Shown here piece after piece: positions 10,656 to 19,777 of a stretch of DNA of 64,000 nucleotides. Source of the stretch: Longimicrobiales bacterium (GTDB lineage Bacteria; Gemmatimonadota; Gemmatimonadetes; Longimicrobiales; Gaopeijiaceae); contig JAWLHJ010000001.1 in the NCBI GenBank assembly GCA_041690395.1, positions 896,001 to 960,000 on the forward strand. Direction: 5' to 3'. The first letter of the stretch is position 1; each line of letters starts with the position of its first letter. The position numbers and the translations under genes are program-made. Under the pieces are notes generated by a model, which saw only the letters and a program-made list of their open reading frames with translations, was not told where the DNA came from and searched no databases.

Positions 10656-11284
10656 TGGGCTGGCTGACTCGTATCCGCGGAGAGGCGGCAGGGGAGACGC
10701 GTGCCGTCGAGGACGCCGAGGGCGCGGTGGCGCCCTCGGTGGTCGAGCGCGCGTCCCCCGGCCTCTCCGCGCTGTTCGGCCTCATGAAGGCGGACGGTCG
10801 GTACTCGATCCTCGACCTCGGCGAGGGCAACAACCGCCAGATGGAGGCCCTCGCGCCCTACGCCCGCCTCATCCGTTTCATCGGCCTCGTCCCCGGAACG
10901 GGGGACGCGGCCGCGGCCGCGGATCCGTCGGTGCTTCCGGAGCATCCCGACTATCCGTACGACGTCGTCCTGGCCTGGGGGGTCCTCGATCGTCTGGGCC
11001 CGGAGACGCGTCTGGCGTTGATGCGTCGGCTCACGGCGATCACGGCGCCGGACGCGAGGATGTATGCAACCGTCTCGGGTCCCGGCGTAACCATGGTTCA
11101 GCCGGTGCGGTCGACGCTCCTGGGGGTGGGGCGTGTGGAGGAGGAGCCGGTCGGTGACCCGAAGCCCACGGGTCCGCAGCTCCTTCCGGCGCAGGTCGAG
11201 AAGCTGATCTCGCCCTGGACCGTCAGCCAGGCGTTCTCGCTGCGCAGCGGTGTGCGCGAGTACGTCGTGAAGAAGGGCGGCTAG
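10655..11284 (+). CDS. Hypothetical protein, class I SAM methyltransferase-like fold
   Basis: ILDLGEG and YDVVLAWGVLD motifs; start overlaps bactofilin stop (TAGTG). Confidence 0.6.
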   Translation: MGWLTRIRGEAAGETRAVEDAEGAVAPSVVERASPGLSALFGLMKADGRYSILDLGEGNNRQMEALAPYARLIRFIGLVPGTGDAAAAADPSVLPEHPDYPYDVVLAWGVLDRLGPETRLALMRRLTAITAPDARMYATVSGPGVTMVQPVRSTLLGVGRVEEEPVGDPKPTGPQLLPAQVEKLISPWTVSQAFSLRSGVREYVVKKGG

Positions 11285-14011
11285 TCACCCGGTATTCTGG
11301 AGACCCCTGGCGATCCCGTTGACCGTGGCCAGGAGCCCGTCGAGCAGCGGGCCGTCGGGCCGGTCGTCCGCGCGCCAACGCGCCAGCAGATCGACCTGGA
11401 TGATGTTCATCGGATCGACGTAGGGGTTCCGTAGCCGAATCGAGCGCTGCAGGGTGGGGTCGTGGTCCAGCAGAGCCGTTGTGTTCCGGATCTCGAGCAC
11501 CCCGGCGACCGTCCGGTCGTACTCCTCGCGGATCGCCTCGAAGACGATGCCGGACTCCTTCGGCGCGAGCGCGCGGTACATGGCCGCGATCTCCAGGTCG
11601 GCCTTCGCGAGCACCATCTCGACGTCGGAGAGGAGGGCGTCCAGGAACGGCCAGGCCTCCGCGGCGTCGCGGAGCGCCGACAGGCCATGCGCCCGGCGGG
11701 CGGCCTCCAACCCCGTTCCGAGGCCGTACCATCCGGTCGTCATCGCGCGGCACTGCGTCCACGAGAACACCCACGGGATCGCGCGCAGGTCTTCGACTCC
11801 CGCGCCCGAGCGTCGAGTCGGCGGCCGCGACCCGATGGACATGCGCTCGATCACGTCGATGGGCGTACCGGCGCGGAAGTAGTCCGTGAAGCGGGGCTCC
11901 TCGTAGACCAGTCCGCGGTAGGCCGTTCGGGCGGCGGCGGCGACCGTGCCGGCGAGCTCGCGCCACTCGGCGGGCACGTCTTTGTCCGGGGCGGCTTCCC
12001 GCAGCACGACCGACCCGAGCATGCGCTCCAACTGGCGGAGCGCGATCTGGGGGAGTCCGTACTTCGCGTCGATCACTTCCCCCTGCTCGGTCAGGCGGAG
12101 CCGTCCGCCGATCGACCGGGCGGGCATGGCGGCAACCGCCCGGTGGACGGAGCCGCCGCCCCGTGACACCGTCCCCCCGCGTCCGTGGAAGACCGTCAGT
12201 GTGACGCCGTGCCGGCTCGCCGCGACCGACATCCGTTCGAGGGCCTGCTGGAGCGCCCACCTCGCGGACGCGATTCCGCCGTCCTTGTTCGAGTCGGAGT
12301 AGCCGACCATCACGAGCTGACGACCACCCCGACGCTCGAGGTGGGGCGCGAGCACCGGGTCGGTGAACATGCGGTCGAGCACGTCCTCGGACCGCTCCAG
12401 GTCCGGGACCGTCTCGAACAGAGGTGCGACGTCGAGGGCCAGATCGTCGGGTGGTCCCATCCCGGCCAGCGTCGCGAGCCAGAGGACCGTGAGCACGTCG
12501 TCGACGTCCCGCGCCATCGAGATGACGTAATACCCGATCGCGTCCGGCCCGTAGCGCTTCCGAGCGTCGGCCATGGCATCGAAGACGTCGAGCGCCTCGC
12601 GCGCGGCTTCGGAGGTGGGCGCGAAGCGCGACCGGAAGTCTTCGACGTCACCCGAGCCCAACTCCGCCCTGAGGAGGTCGGCGCGCTCGTCAGCGGGGCG
12701 GGTCGGCCACTCCGGATCGTTTCGCAGGTCGGCCATCAGGTCCCTCAGCGCCCGCGCGTCCTGGCGCACGTCGAGGGTGGCGAGGTGGAATCCGAAGGCC
12801 CGGGCCCGCCGCACGAGCCGACGCACGCCGAAGAGGCCGGCGTGCTCTCCGCGGTGCGCCCTGAGGCTGTCCGCGATCGTCTCGATGTCACCGAGGAAGT
12901 CGCTCGGGCCGGCGTACCCGTGCTCGTGGTCCGAGCGGGTGGCCCGCAGGCGGGCGCCGATCAGCTCCAGGAAGACGCGGTATCCCATGCCGCGGTGGCG
13001 GGCCGGAATCGCCTCCACGGCGTCCGGGAACCAAGCGCCGTAACGGGCCGTTCGTGCCGTGACTTCATCGCTCCATGGTACGCGGGTGGCCGACTGGGTC
13101 AGCTGTCGGGCGAGCTCGGTGACATCGCGCTCGTAGGCTTCGAGGGCGAGATCGCGATGTCGGTGCAGGGTGGCTCGCACGGTCCCCGCGTCGACGTTCG
13201 GGTTCCCGTCCATGTCGCCACCGACCCAGGAGCCCGGGCGGATGAGCGGCGCCGTGTTCGAGGCGTGCCCGCCCGTCTCGCCGTACACGTCGTCGATCGC
13301 GTCCCGCAGCGCCTCGTCGAGGGCCGGAAGGATCCGGTAGAGCACGCGGGAGACGTAGTACAGCACGTGCTCCCGCTCGTCGTGGACCGTCGGGCGGACG
13401 GACGGGTGCTCCTCGGTCTGCCAGGCCGTGGTGATGTTCTCCCGGATACGCGCCAGGGCCACGCGTTCCTCGCGCGGCGTCCGCTCCGGATCGAGGCGGC
13501 CGAGGAGCTCCTCTGAGATCCGCTCCTGCTTCTCGAGGATGCTGCGGCGTGTCGACTCCGTCGGATGCGCGGTGAAGACGGGCTCGACGCGGGTCCGGGC
13601 GAAGAGGTCCCATACCTGGTCTCGCTCGAGCCCGAGGTCGCGTAGCCGACGTACGATGTCCGCGAGTGAGCCGCGCTGTGGTCCTTCGCTGGAGCGCATC
13701 CACCAGCGGCCCCGGCGGATGCGGTGCACCCGCTCAGCCAGGTTCACGACCTGGAAGTACGTCGAGAACGCCCGGACCACCTCGGTGGCCTCCGACTCGG
13801 TCAGGCCCCGGAGGCGGTGGGTCAGCTCGCTCGCGGCCTCCGGGTTGCCCTCGCGGCGCCCGATGGCGGCGTGCCGCGCCGCCTCGACCCGTTCGAAGAG
13901 GTGAGCGCCGCCCTGCTCGCGAAGGACCTGCCCGACCAGATCGCCGAGCATGCGGACGTCGCTCCGGAGCGGCTCGTCCTTCGGCGGAAACGCGATGTCA
14001 CGCAGGGACAT
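11285..14011 (-). CDS. ppc: Phosphoenolpyruvate carboxylase
   Basis: VFTAHPTE, MVGYSDSNKDGG, FHGRGG, LRAIPWVFSWTQ, C-terminal QNTG. Confidence 0.97.
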   Translation of the reverse strand: MSLRDIAFPPKDEPLRSDVRMLGDLVGQVLREQGGAHLFERVEAARHAAIGRREGNPEAASELTHRLRGLTESEATEVVRAFSTYFQVVNLAERVHRIRRGRWWMRSSEGPQRGSLADIVRRLRDLGLERDQVWDLFARTRVEPVFTAHPTESTRRSILEKQERISEELLGRLDPERTPREERVALARIRENITTAWQTEEHPSVRPTVHDEREHVLYYVSRVLYRILPALDEALRDAIDDVYGETGGHASNTAPLIRPGSWVGGDMDGNPNVDAGTVRATLHRHRDLALEAYERDVTELARQLTQSATRVPWSDEVTARTARYGAWFPDAVEAIPARHRGMGYRVFLELIGARLRATRSDHEHGYAGPSDFLGDIETIADSLRAHRGEHAGLFGVRRLVRRARAFGFHLATLDVRQDARALRDLMADLRNDPEWPTRPADERADLLRAELGSGDVEDFRSRFAPTSEAAREALDVFDAMADARKRYGPDAIGYYVISMARDVDDVLTVLWLATLAGMGPPDDLALDVAPLFETVPDLERSEDVLDRMFTDPVLAPHLERRGGRQLVMVGYSDSNKDGGIASARWALQQALERMSVAASRHGVTLTVFHGRGGTVSRGGGSVHRAVAAMPARSIGGRLRLTEQGEVIDAKYGLPQIALRQLERMLGSVVLREAAPDKDVPAEWRELAGTVAAAARTAYRGLVYEEPRFTDYFRAGTPIDVIERMSIGSRPPTRRSGAGVEDLRAIPWVFSWTQCRAMTTGWYGLGTGLEAARRAHGLSALRDAAEAWPFLDALLSDVEMVLAKADLEIAAMYRALAPKESGIVFEAIREEYDRTVAGVLEIRNTTALLDHDPTLQRSIRLRNPYVDPMNIIQVDLLARWRADDRPDGPLLDGLLATVNGIARGLQNTG

Positions 14012-14944
14012 TCAGTGCTCCTCTCCGGCGGGGGAGGGGTCCAGCACGCCGCCGCGCCGCCGGGACCAGATCTGGGTGAACTCCGCGCCGAGGAAGAAGA
14101 TCTGCGCGGAGACGTAGACCCATGCCAGGAAGACCACGACGAACGTGCCGGGTCCGTAGTACGACGTCCAGGAAGGCGCCGACAGGAACGGCATGATCAA
14201 CATCTTCCCGAGGACGAAGACCGCCGCCGTGGCGAACGCGCCGACGAAGATGCTCGACCACTCCACGCGAACGCCCGGCAGCGTACGGAACACGACGCCG
14301 AACATGAGGCCCAGGAGGGTGATGGAGGTCGCGGCGTCCAGCACGCGGATCACGGGGAGCTCCAGCGGTAGCGAAGCTTCCAGGAGGTCGTAGAAGATCG
14401 TCGCCAACGAGGTGACGACGAACGACACCGTGACCATCACGCCCGTGACGCCGATCATCAGGAAGCCACGGAGCCGTGTACGGAGGAATCCGACAATCCG
14501 CCCTTTGACCGATTCCGTCTCTGGCCGCACGCCCCAGATGGCGTTGAGGGCGTCCCGCACGTTCGCGAAGGCCGCCGTCGCTGCGAACAGGAGCGTTGCG
14601 AGCGTGAGTATGGACGCGGGCGAGAGGAGGTTCGGCGACTCCACACGCTCCAGCACCGTCGCGGCCGTGCTCGCGGCCTGTGCTCCGGCCAGGGCCGTGA
14701 TCGTCTCGATCACCGCTGGGCGGACGGTTCCCTCCGACACCAGCAGCTCGAGAACGCCGACCAGGAGGGCCAACAGGGGACCCAGGGACAGGATCACGTA
14801 GAAGGATAGAGCCGCGCCCCGCTCTGGCCCGCGGTCCGTCAACCACTCGGTCACCGTCTGGACGAACAGGGTCCGCGCTTCCGCGAGCCAGGCCGCCGGA
14901 CCCCGGCGGGACTTCGTCTCTGAGCTGGATCCCATGGTCGTCAT
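14012..14944 (-). CDS. YihY/virulence factor BrkB family membrane protein
   Basis: GAALSFYVILSLGPL, ALNAIWGV, WVYVSAQIFFLGAEF; abuts ppc start. Confidence 0.9.
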   Translation of the reverse strand: MTTMGSSSETKSRRGPAAWLAEARTLFVQTVTEWLTDRGPERGAALSFYVILSLGPLLALLVGVLELLVSEGTVRPAVIETITALAGAQAASTAATVLERVESPNLLSPASILTLATLLFAATAAFANVRDALNAIWGVRPETESVKGRIVGFLRTRLRGFLMIGVTGVMVTVSFVVTSLATIFYDLLEASLPLELPVIRVLDAATSITLLGLMFGVVFRTLPGVRVEWSSIFVGAFATAAVFVLGKMLIMPFLSAPSWTSYYGPGTFVVVFLAWVYVSAQIFFLGAEFTQIWSRRRGGVLDPSPAGEEH

Positions 14945-15057
14945 CCCGTGGTTCGATGAGGGACGGGCATGGACGGAGTCTGTCTGAATGGAGGGGGTCT
15001 GGCTAGACGACCGGCATCCACGAGCGTGCGCCGGTCTCTTCTCGCGAGCTTCGAAAG

Positions 15058-15191
15058 TCGTTCGAAAGTCGAACGACTTCGAGAGGATCTCTCTGTGGCG
15101 AAGCCATGGGTGCCTGCGCGTCGTACCTGGCCTTCGAGGCCTACGGTGCTACCGGTGCGGCGGAGACGATCGTTCGAAGATCGAACGACTT
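15058..15191. promoter_or_regulatory. Pair of palindromic sites TCGTTCGA-N3-TCGAACGA
   Basis: 22-bp copies at 15058-15079 and 15170-15191, 20/22 identical, upstream of yihY-ppc. Confidence 0.4.
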
Positions 15192-15201
15192 ACCAGGGGG
15201 C

Positions 15202-15238
15202 AAAAAGAAGCGCTCACGAACCGAGTCGTGAGACCGCT
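15202..15238 (-). terminator. Rho-independent terminator after the displaced tRNA-Pro 3' end copy
   Basis: Minus strand CTCACGA/TCGTGAG stem followed by TCTTTTT. Confidence 0.6.
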
Positions 15239-15498
15239 GATCGGGACGGCCGGATGGAGCTGCGGTCGTCGCTTCGCGCCGATCCTCGCTCATGTCGCGG
15301 AGGGTCTCGTCCAACGAGCCGATGAGCCAACGTGTGCGTGACAAGGGAGGCGTGGCTCAGGATCAGATCCCGATCGTGGCCAGAGTTCTCATGGCAATCT
15401 CAGGTGCGCGAATCCTCCGGCCCAACTTCCTCGAAGGTCCATACCCAGTTTGAAGACCGCTGAGCTGAGTGCCAACGAGCGGACCGGCGGAGGGGTCA

Positions 15499-16155
15499 TC
15501 ATCCCTCACAGATGGATCGAAGGGCCCGGAAATAGAAGATGGCCCGGTTCGCAGCCCACTGCATGAGTTCCGACTCGGCCGGGTCCTCCTCGATTCTGGT
15601 GAGCATCGAGTCGGTGCGCTCCCTCCAACCAGCGGGGAAGCCTGGGTCTGCTGGACCGATGGGTCGGTATATGATCTGTGGAGAGTAGATCCTCGCCTCC
15701 ATCCCTTCGGGGATCGGAGCAAAGTCCTGGAATCTCACGCGGCACTTTGGGTTGGCCTGGGATACGAGGGTCCTAAGGCCGGCCACTCGGGCCTCGAAGG
15801 CCGCCGACGTGTCTGCGGTCATGTCGATGGCGGCGGCGAGAATGCGGGGGTGCCGACGTATGATCAATCCTCGCACCGTCTCGTTGAGGACGATGGTGTC
15901 GGTAACGGCACGCATTGTTAGCAACTCGCGAGCTAGCGCCTCTCCTCCACCGGTTCCGCACTCCGAAGCCAGGAGGTCCATCGCGGAAGCACGCTCAGGC
16001 CCGGAGTCGTTCTCCAGCATGATCCCCTGAGCGCGCTGACACTCCTGAGTCATGGGGCTACTGGAACTGGACAAATCCTGGCTCGCCGCGCCTGCCGGCA
16101 CGCAGGCCACCGCGACCCAGAACATCGTTAAATGGCGTTTGAAGGATACGCTCAT
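15499..16155 (-). CDS. Hypothetical secreted helical protein (island cargo)
   Basis: ~218 aa; signal-like FWVAVACVPAGAASQD; no recognised family; start uncertain. Confidence 0.55.
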   Translation of the reverse strand: MSVSFKRHLTMFWVAVACVPAGAASQDLSSSSSPMTQECQRAQGIMLENDSGPERASAMDLLASECGTGGGEALARELLTMRAVTDTIVLNETVRGLIIRRHPRILAAAIDMTADTSAAFEARVAGLRTLVSQANPKCRVRFQDFAPIPEGMEARIYSPQIIYRPIGPADPGFPAGWRERTDSMLTRIEEDPAESELMQWAANRAIFYFRALRSICEG

Positions 16156-16526
16156 CGTTCCCGGGCCTCCGGAGCCCCTGGCCGCCCATCGATCCCCTGC
16201 AGCCAACCCAAGGGCCATCAGAGTCACACTCAGTCTCTCGCGGCTCGGCCACCCGGATTGTGGTCGACCCCTACTTCGAGAATAAGCTGCACCTTCTTCC
16301 CACGCCATCGTCGCGCGAGGGGTGCGTAGATCGGAGCGGATGACCTGCGCCGCGCGCGAAGAGCACAGATTGATCGTCTCCCACCCCGTCGATCGGGACA
16401 CACCGTTGATGAGCTATCAGGGGGATATCTCTGATCGACCGGTAGGTTTTCGCGAGAGCTATCGGTCTGTCTTGGTTCTAATGAAGCGGTGGAAGGCACC
16501 GCCCGGCCACCGGTGTGGGGTCGATC

Positions 16527-19466
16527 CTAGGAGGGAGAGAACTCGTACTTTCGTTGCCGGTCCAAGAAGGCCTCCTCACCGCCCTCCAGCACCTCACACA
16601 CATGTTCGCGTGTGCCTTTAGTAGCGAGCACGCTGGCATCCTCGGCCGGCGGGCGGGTGTGTTCGAGTGCCCCCCCACGGTACTCAAAACGTGGAAGGCC
16701 GACCGGCTTCTCGCCGGGCCCGTACTGATGCGCCACCAGTACGCACTCCGAGTCCGTTGACACGACAAGATTGGCGTTGTGGGTGACCATGAGGATCTGT
16801 CTCTGAGACTTCCGATCACGAACTGCGTGCCGGAGCTGAGAGAAGACGGTTCGGTTGTCGAGGTTGTCTTCAGGCTGATCAATGAGAATAGGGTGGGTAG
16901 CGCCGCTCTTCTCTAGCAACAGGCGAAGGAGCACCATACCCCGCTTGCCCGGAGACATCCTCTGGAGGTCGTCGCCAGCGTGCTGCAGCGATAGGTGCAG
17001 CCGATACCTGTCTCTAGCTAGGGCCATCGCTACATCCAATGGTGAATACGACTTCTTGAGCTTCAATGTGCGCGCCGACTCGCGAGTAGTCAGGTCCGTC
17101 AGCATGGCCTCGACGTTCAGCCAGTGCTGTTCGGTACCCGGGTACGAGTAGCCGTCCACCGAGTAACTTAGGCCTTCGATGTTGTCGAACTTCTGTCTAC
17201 CATCGAGCCCCTCGAAGAGCTGAGCGGCGAAAGCCGAAGCGTCGAAGCTTGTCTCGGCGATGAGCCGCACGTCGCCTGCGATGTCCATGCCCCCGCCACC
17301 GAGGAACTCGGCGATGAATGCCTCATGCGCACTGTGAACCTGCCGGTACGCATCCATGATCCGGGAGATCCCATCGCTTAGGCGGCGGCGCAGCCGTGCG
17401 AGTCTCTTCTCTTCCTCTTCGATCTGCAGCAGTTGCTTCCGCTGCTTTGCTTCTGCCTCTGCGAGGGCATCAGCCCGGGCCCGGCTGGAGAGCTTCGCTT
17501 GGTATGGTTCCAGCGCCGTATCGACTCCTGCTAAGTCCTCATCAACCTTACCTGCATCGGCAGTGACTTCAGCACGTATCTGGACCGTGTTCTGCTGGGC
17601 CTGATGGAAGGCCCTGGTGAGGGCCTGAGTGAGTTCCCCGGCCACCCTTCGTACTCCTGCACTTACCTGTGCACCCTCTTCCTCAGCCCCGAGGAAAGGA
17701 ATCAGTTCCTGAGCGACACGCCGGCGGATCCCCGGTAGAGCCTGTTCTAGCTCCTTGAGCTCGGTCTCTTCCGCACGTAGCTGTTGGGCCTGTCCCTCAA
17801 GCTCTTCACGTCTCCCCCGCAGTGCTGCGAAGTCCTCCTCCTCGTTCGGGGACATCCCGGCAGACTTGCGGATCTCCTCTTGTTCCTCTTTCAGGCGATC
17901 GATCTCCTCTTGGATCGCCTCGGCTTTGCCGAGGTCAGAAATCCGTTCGAGGACGCCGTCGGCCTGTCTACGGATTTCGAAGAGCCGCTGGACCTGCTCT
18001 GCGATGGTCGAGCGGTCTTGGGCAACTGAAGCCCTTAGGTCGTCCTCTGCGGCTGCGAACGAGTCATCCTCTCGAAGGAGTCGCAGAATCACGCCTTCCA
18101 GCTGGTCCTGGGAATCCGGCTCGGCGAGACGGTTTATGTAGTTCTGGGGCAGGTAGGTGATCCTCGAAGGAGCAACTTCGGCGCCTCCGAGTGTCTGGAT
18201 GTCGCCGTTCTTCCAGCGAACCTCGAAGCTGACATCCTGCTCAATCCGATCGTATGGCTCGTCGTCGCCATGGCGATCGCGGACCTGGGCAGGATCGATG
18301 GTCTTGGCTATGAAGTGGAGGAGGAGTGACTTCCCGGAAGACTTCCCACCGATGATGGTGGTAAGGGAAGGATTGATCTCTATCCACTCTTCTGAGACCT
18401 CCCCATGGCCGGCATCATCGAGGAACCGCACCGTGTCGATGATGCTGTTCCACGGGCGCTGGTCGGGGTGTGGCTCCTGTATCGTTACGCGGTCCGCAGG
18501 TTCGTAAAGAAGTTGCTTCAGACCCTCGAACGAACAGTCAGCCTTGACCCAGGTGTACCGATCGGTGTTCCCGTTGGAGGGGTGCAGCACAGCGTCGAGC
18601 TTCTTGGCGTCGGATCCCCAGACACACGGCTTGAGAGTCCGAAATCGCTTCAGGCACTCCTCGACAGGCGTGTCTTTGTGCCGACCTAGCAGGAACTCTC
18701 GATCTGACTTACTTGGTGAGAAAAACAGGTCCGAATCCCAGAGTACGCTTTCGCGAACAGCGGCCGCGTGTCCCTCCCAGGGGAGTTCCGAAAGGGAACC
18801 ATGCCCACTCCCCGCAACCGCAACCAAGTAACCCCGGCCTCCCCCAAGGGACTCATCGAGAGTCTTCAGAGTTGCCAGGAGGTTGTCTTGAGATACCGTC
18901 GCCACCTTGAGGGCGGCGCTCAGGAGCGCAACCTGCTCCGCCTCGGAAAGACCGCTCAAATCCTCACCAAGGTCGGGGCGGCCGCCCATCCCCTGCGCCT
19001 TGCCCAGAGCCAGAAGGTGTGCGCGGCTGAGGGTCATCCCCACGTTGCCCTGCTTCGGTGCCAGGGTGAGTTGCGCCAAGAAGTCCGTTCGTAGGCGGGC
19101 TACCGATATCCGCGCCGGATCGAACAAGACATGCAGGTTTATCGCGTGGTTCTTCTCGGTGAGTTGAGACAAGCGAAGCTCGATACCCGGAATGACCGAC
19201 ATGGGCACCTCGTCTTCTTCAGACTTCCACGTGTGCCCTTCGGGGTCGTAGATGCGCCGCCCTATCAGCTGTTCGTACCCGTCGAACGTGAAGTAGTCGG
19301 ACAAGCAGATCGCGGCAATGTTGTGAGCGCGCGCTGCTGACGCGATGGCCGATGCGAAGGCTGACCAAGCGGCATCCCCTTGGCCGAACTCGGCGAAGGG
19401 AGAGGCGGGAGTGTGCACATGGAGGTCCCACCGCCTCCACGTGGATCCTCGCGTTGTATGAGACAC
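16527..19466 (-). CDS. PHP phosphoesterase fused to coiled-coil ABC/SMC-like ATPase (Ppl/TrlF-like, candidate anti-phage protein)
   Basis: WRRWDLHVHTP, SDYF, GIELRL, GSDAK; Walker A GGKSSGKS; signature MSPGKR; ILIDQPEDNLDN; VTHNAN; GTG start at 19466. Confidence 0.85.
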   Translation of the reverse strand: MSHTTRGSTWRRWDLHVHTPASPFAEFGQGDAAWSAFASAIASAARAHNIAAICLSDYFTFDGYEQLIGRRIYDPEGHTWKSEEDEVPMSVIPGIELRLSQLTEKNHAINLHVLFDPARISVARLRTDFLAQLTLAPKQGNVGMTLSRAHLLALGKAQGMGGRPDLGEDLSGLSEAEQVALLSAALKVATVSQDNLLATLKTLDESLGGGRGYLVAVAGSGHGSLSELPWEGHAAAVRESVLWDSDLFFSPSKSDREFLLGRHKDTPVEECLKRFRTLKPCVWGSDAKKLDAVLHPSNGNTDRYTWVKADCSFEGLKQLLYEPADRVTIQEPHPDQRPWNSIIDTVRFLDDAGHGEVSEEWIEINPSLTTIIGGKSSGKSLLLHFIAKTIDPAQVRDRHGDDEPYDRIEQDVSFEVRWKNGDIQTLGGAEVAPSRITYLPQNYINRLAEPDSQDQLEGVILRLLREDDSFAAAEDDLRASVAQDRSTIAEQVQRLFEIRRQADGVLERISDLGKAEAIQEEIDRLKEEQEEIRKSAGMSPNEEEDFAALRGRREELEGQAQQLRAEETELKELEQALPGIRRRVAQELIPFLGAEEEGAQVSAGVRRVAGELTQALTRAFHQAQQNTVQIRAEVTADAGKVDEDLAGVDTALEPYQAKLSSRARADALAEAEAKQRKQLLQIEEEEKRLARLRRRLSDGISRIMDAYRQVHSAHEAFIAEFLGGGGMDIAGDVRLIAETSFDASAFAAQLFEGLDGRQKFDNIEGLSYSVDGYSYPGTEQHWLNVEAMLTDLTTRESARTLKLKKSYSPLDVAMALARDRYRLHLSLQHAGDDLQRMSPGKRGMVLLRLLLEKSGATHPILIDQPEDNLDNRTVFSQLRHAVRDRKSQRQILMVTHNANLVVSTDSECVLVAHQYGPGEKPVGLPRFEYRGGALEHTRPPAEDASVLATKGTREHVCEVLEGGEEAFLDRQRKYEFSPS

Positions 19467-19630
19467 CGTGTTCCTCGCGGTTGAACCTTTCCCAGAATGC
19501 GGCTCTGCTGCGGGACAACAATGTCGCACGGGAGCGTGGAGCGCCAGAAGAGTGTGCCCGGACCTGACACGCTACCTCTGAGGTAGGGGGTGCCTTGGAT
19601 TCTCCAGCACACCATCCCGCACACCAGAAC

Positions 19631-19667
19631 GAGAAAAGGGGACCCCTTGAGCAGGGACCCCCTTCTC
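19631..19667 (-). terminator. Hairpin/terminator downstream of tRNA-Pro(GGG)
   Basis: Minus strand GAGAAGGGGGTCCCT...GGGGTCCCCTTTTCTC imperfect inverted repeat. Confidence 0.5.
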
Positions 19668-19703
19668 CGTAACCTGGCTTGACGCCAGTCCTTCTCGACA
19701 CAA

Positions 19704-19777
19704 TCGGGACGGCCGGATTCGAACCGGCGACCCCCTGAACCCCATTCAGGTGCGCTACCGGGCTGCGCCACGTCCCG
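19704..19777 (-). tRNA. tRNA-Pro(GGG)
   Basis: CGGGACG/CGTCCCG acceptor stem, anticodon arm CCTGA-ATGGGGT-TCAGG, GGTTCGAATCC T arm. Confidence 0.95.

Larger units (their letters stand above)
15240..19718. mobile_element. Small genomic island at the tRNA-Pro(GGG) 3' end, no integrase
   Basis: 16-bp direct repeat ATCGGGACGGCCGGAT at 15240-15255 and 19703-19718 (tRNA 3' end); interior visibly more AT-rich than flanks. Confidence 0.8.

Noticed and set aside
16156..16526. Possible integrase or gene remnant inside the island
   Set aside because: No recognisable motif in any frame; the short ORFs lack RBS and coding character.
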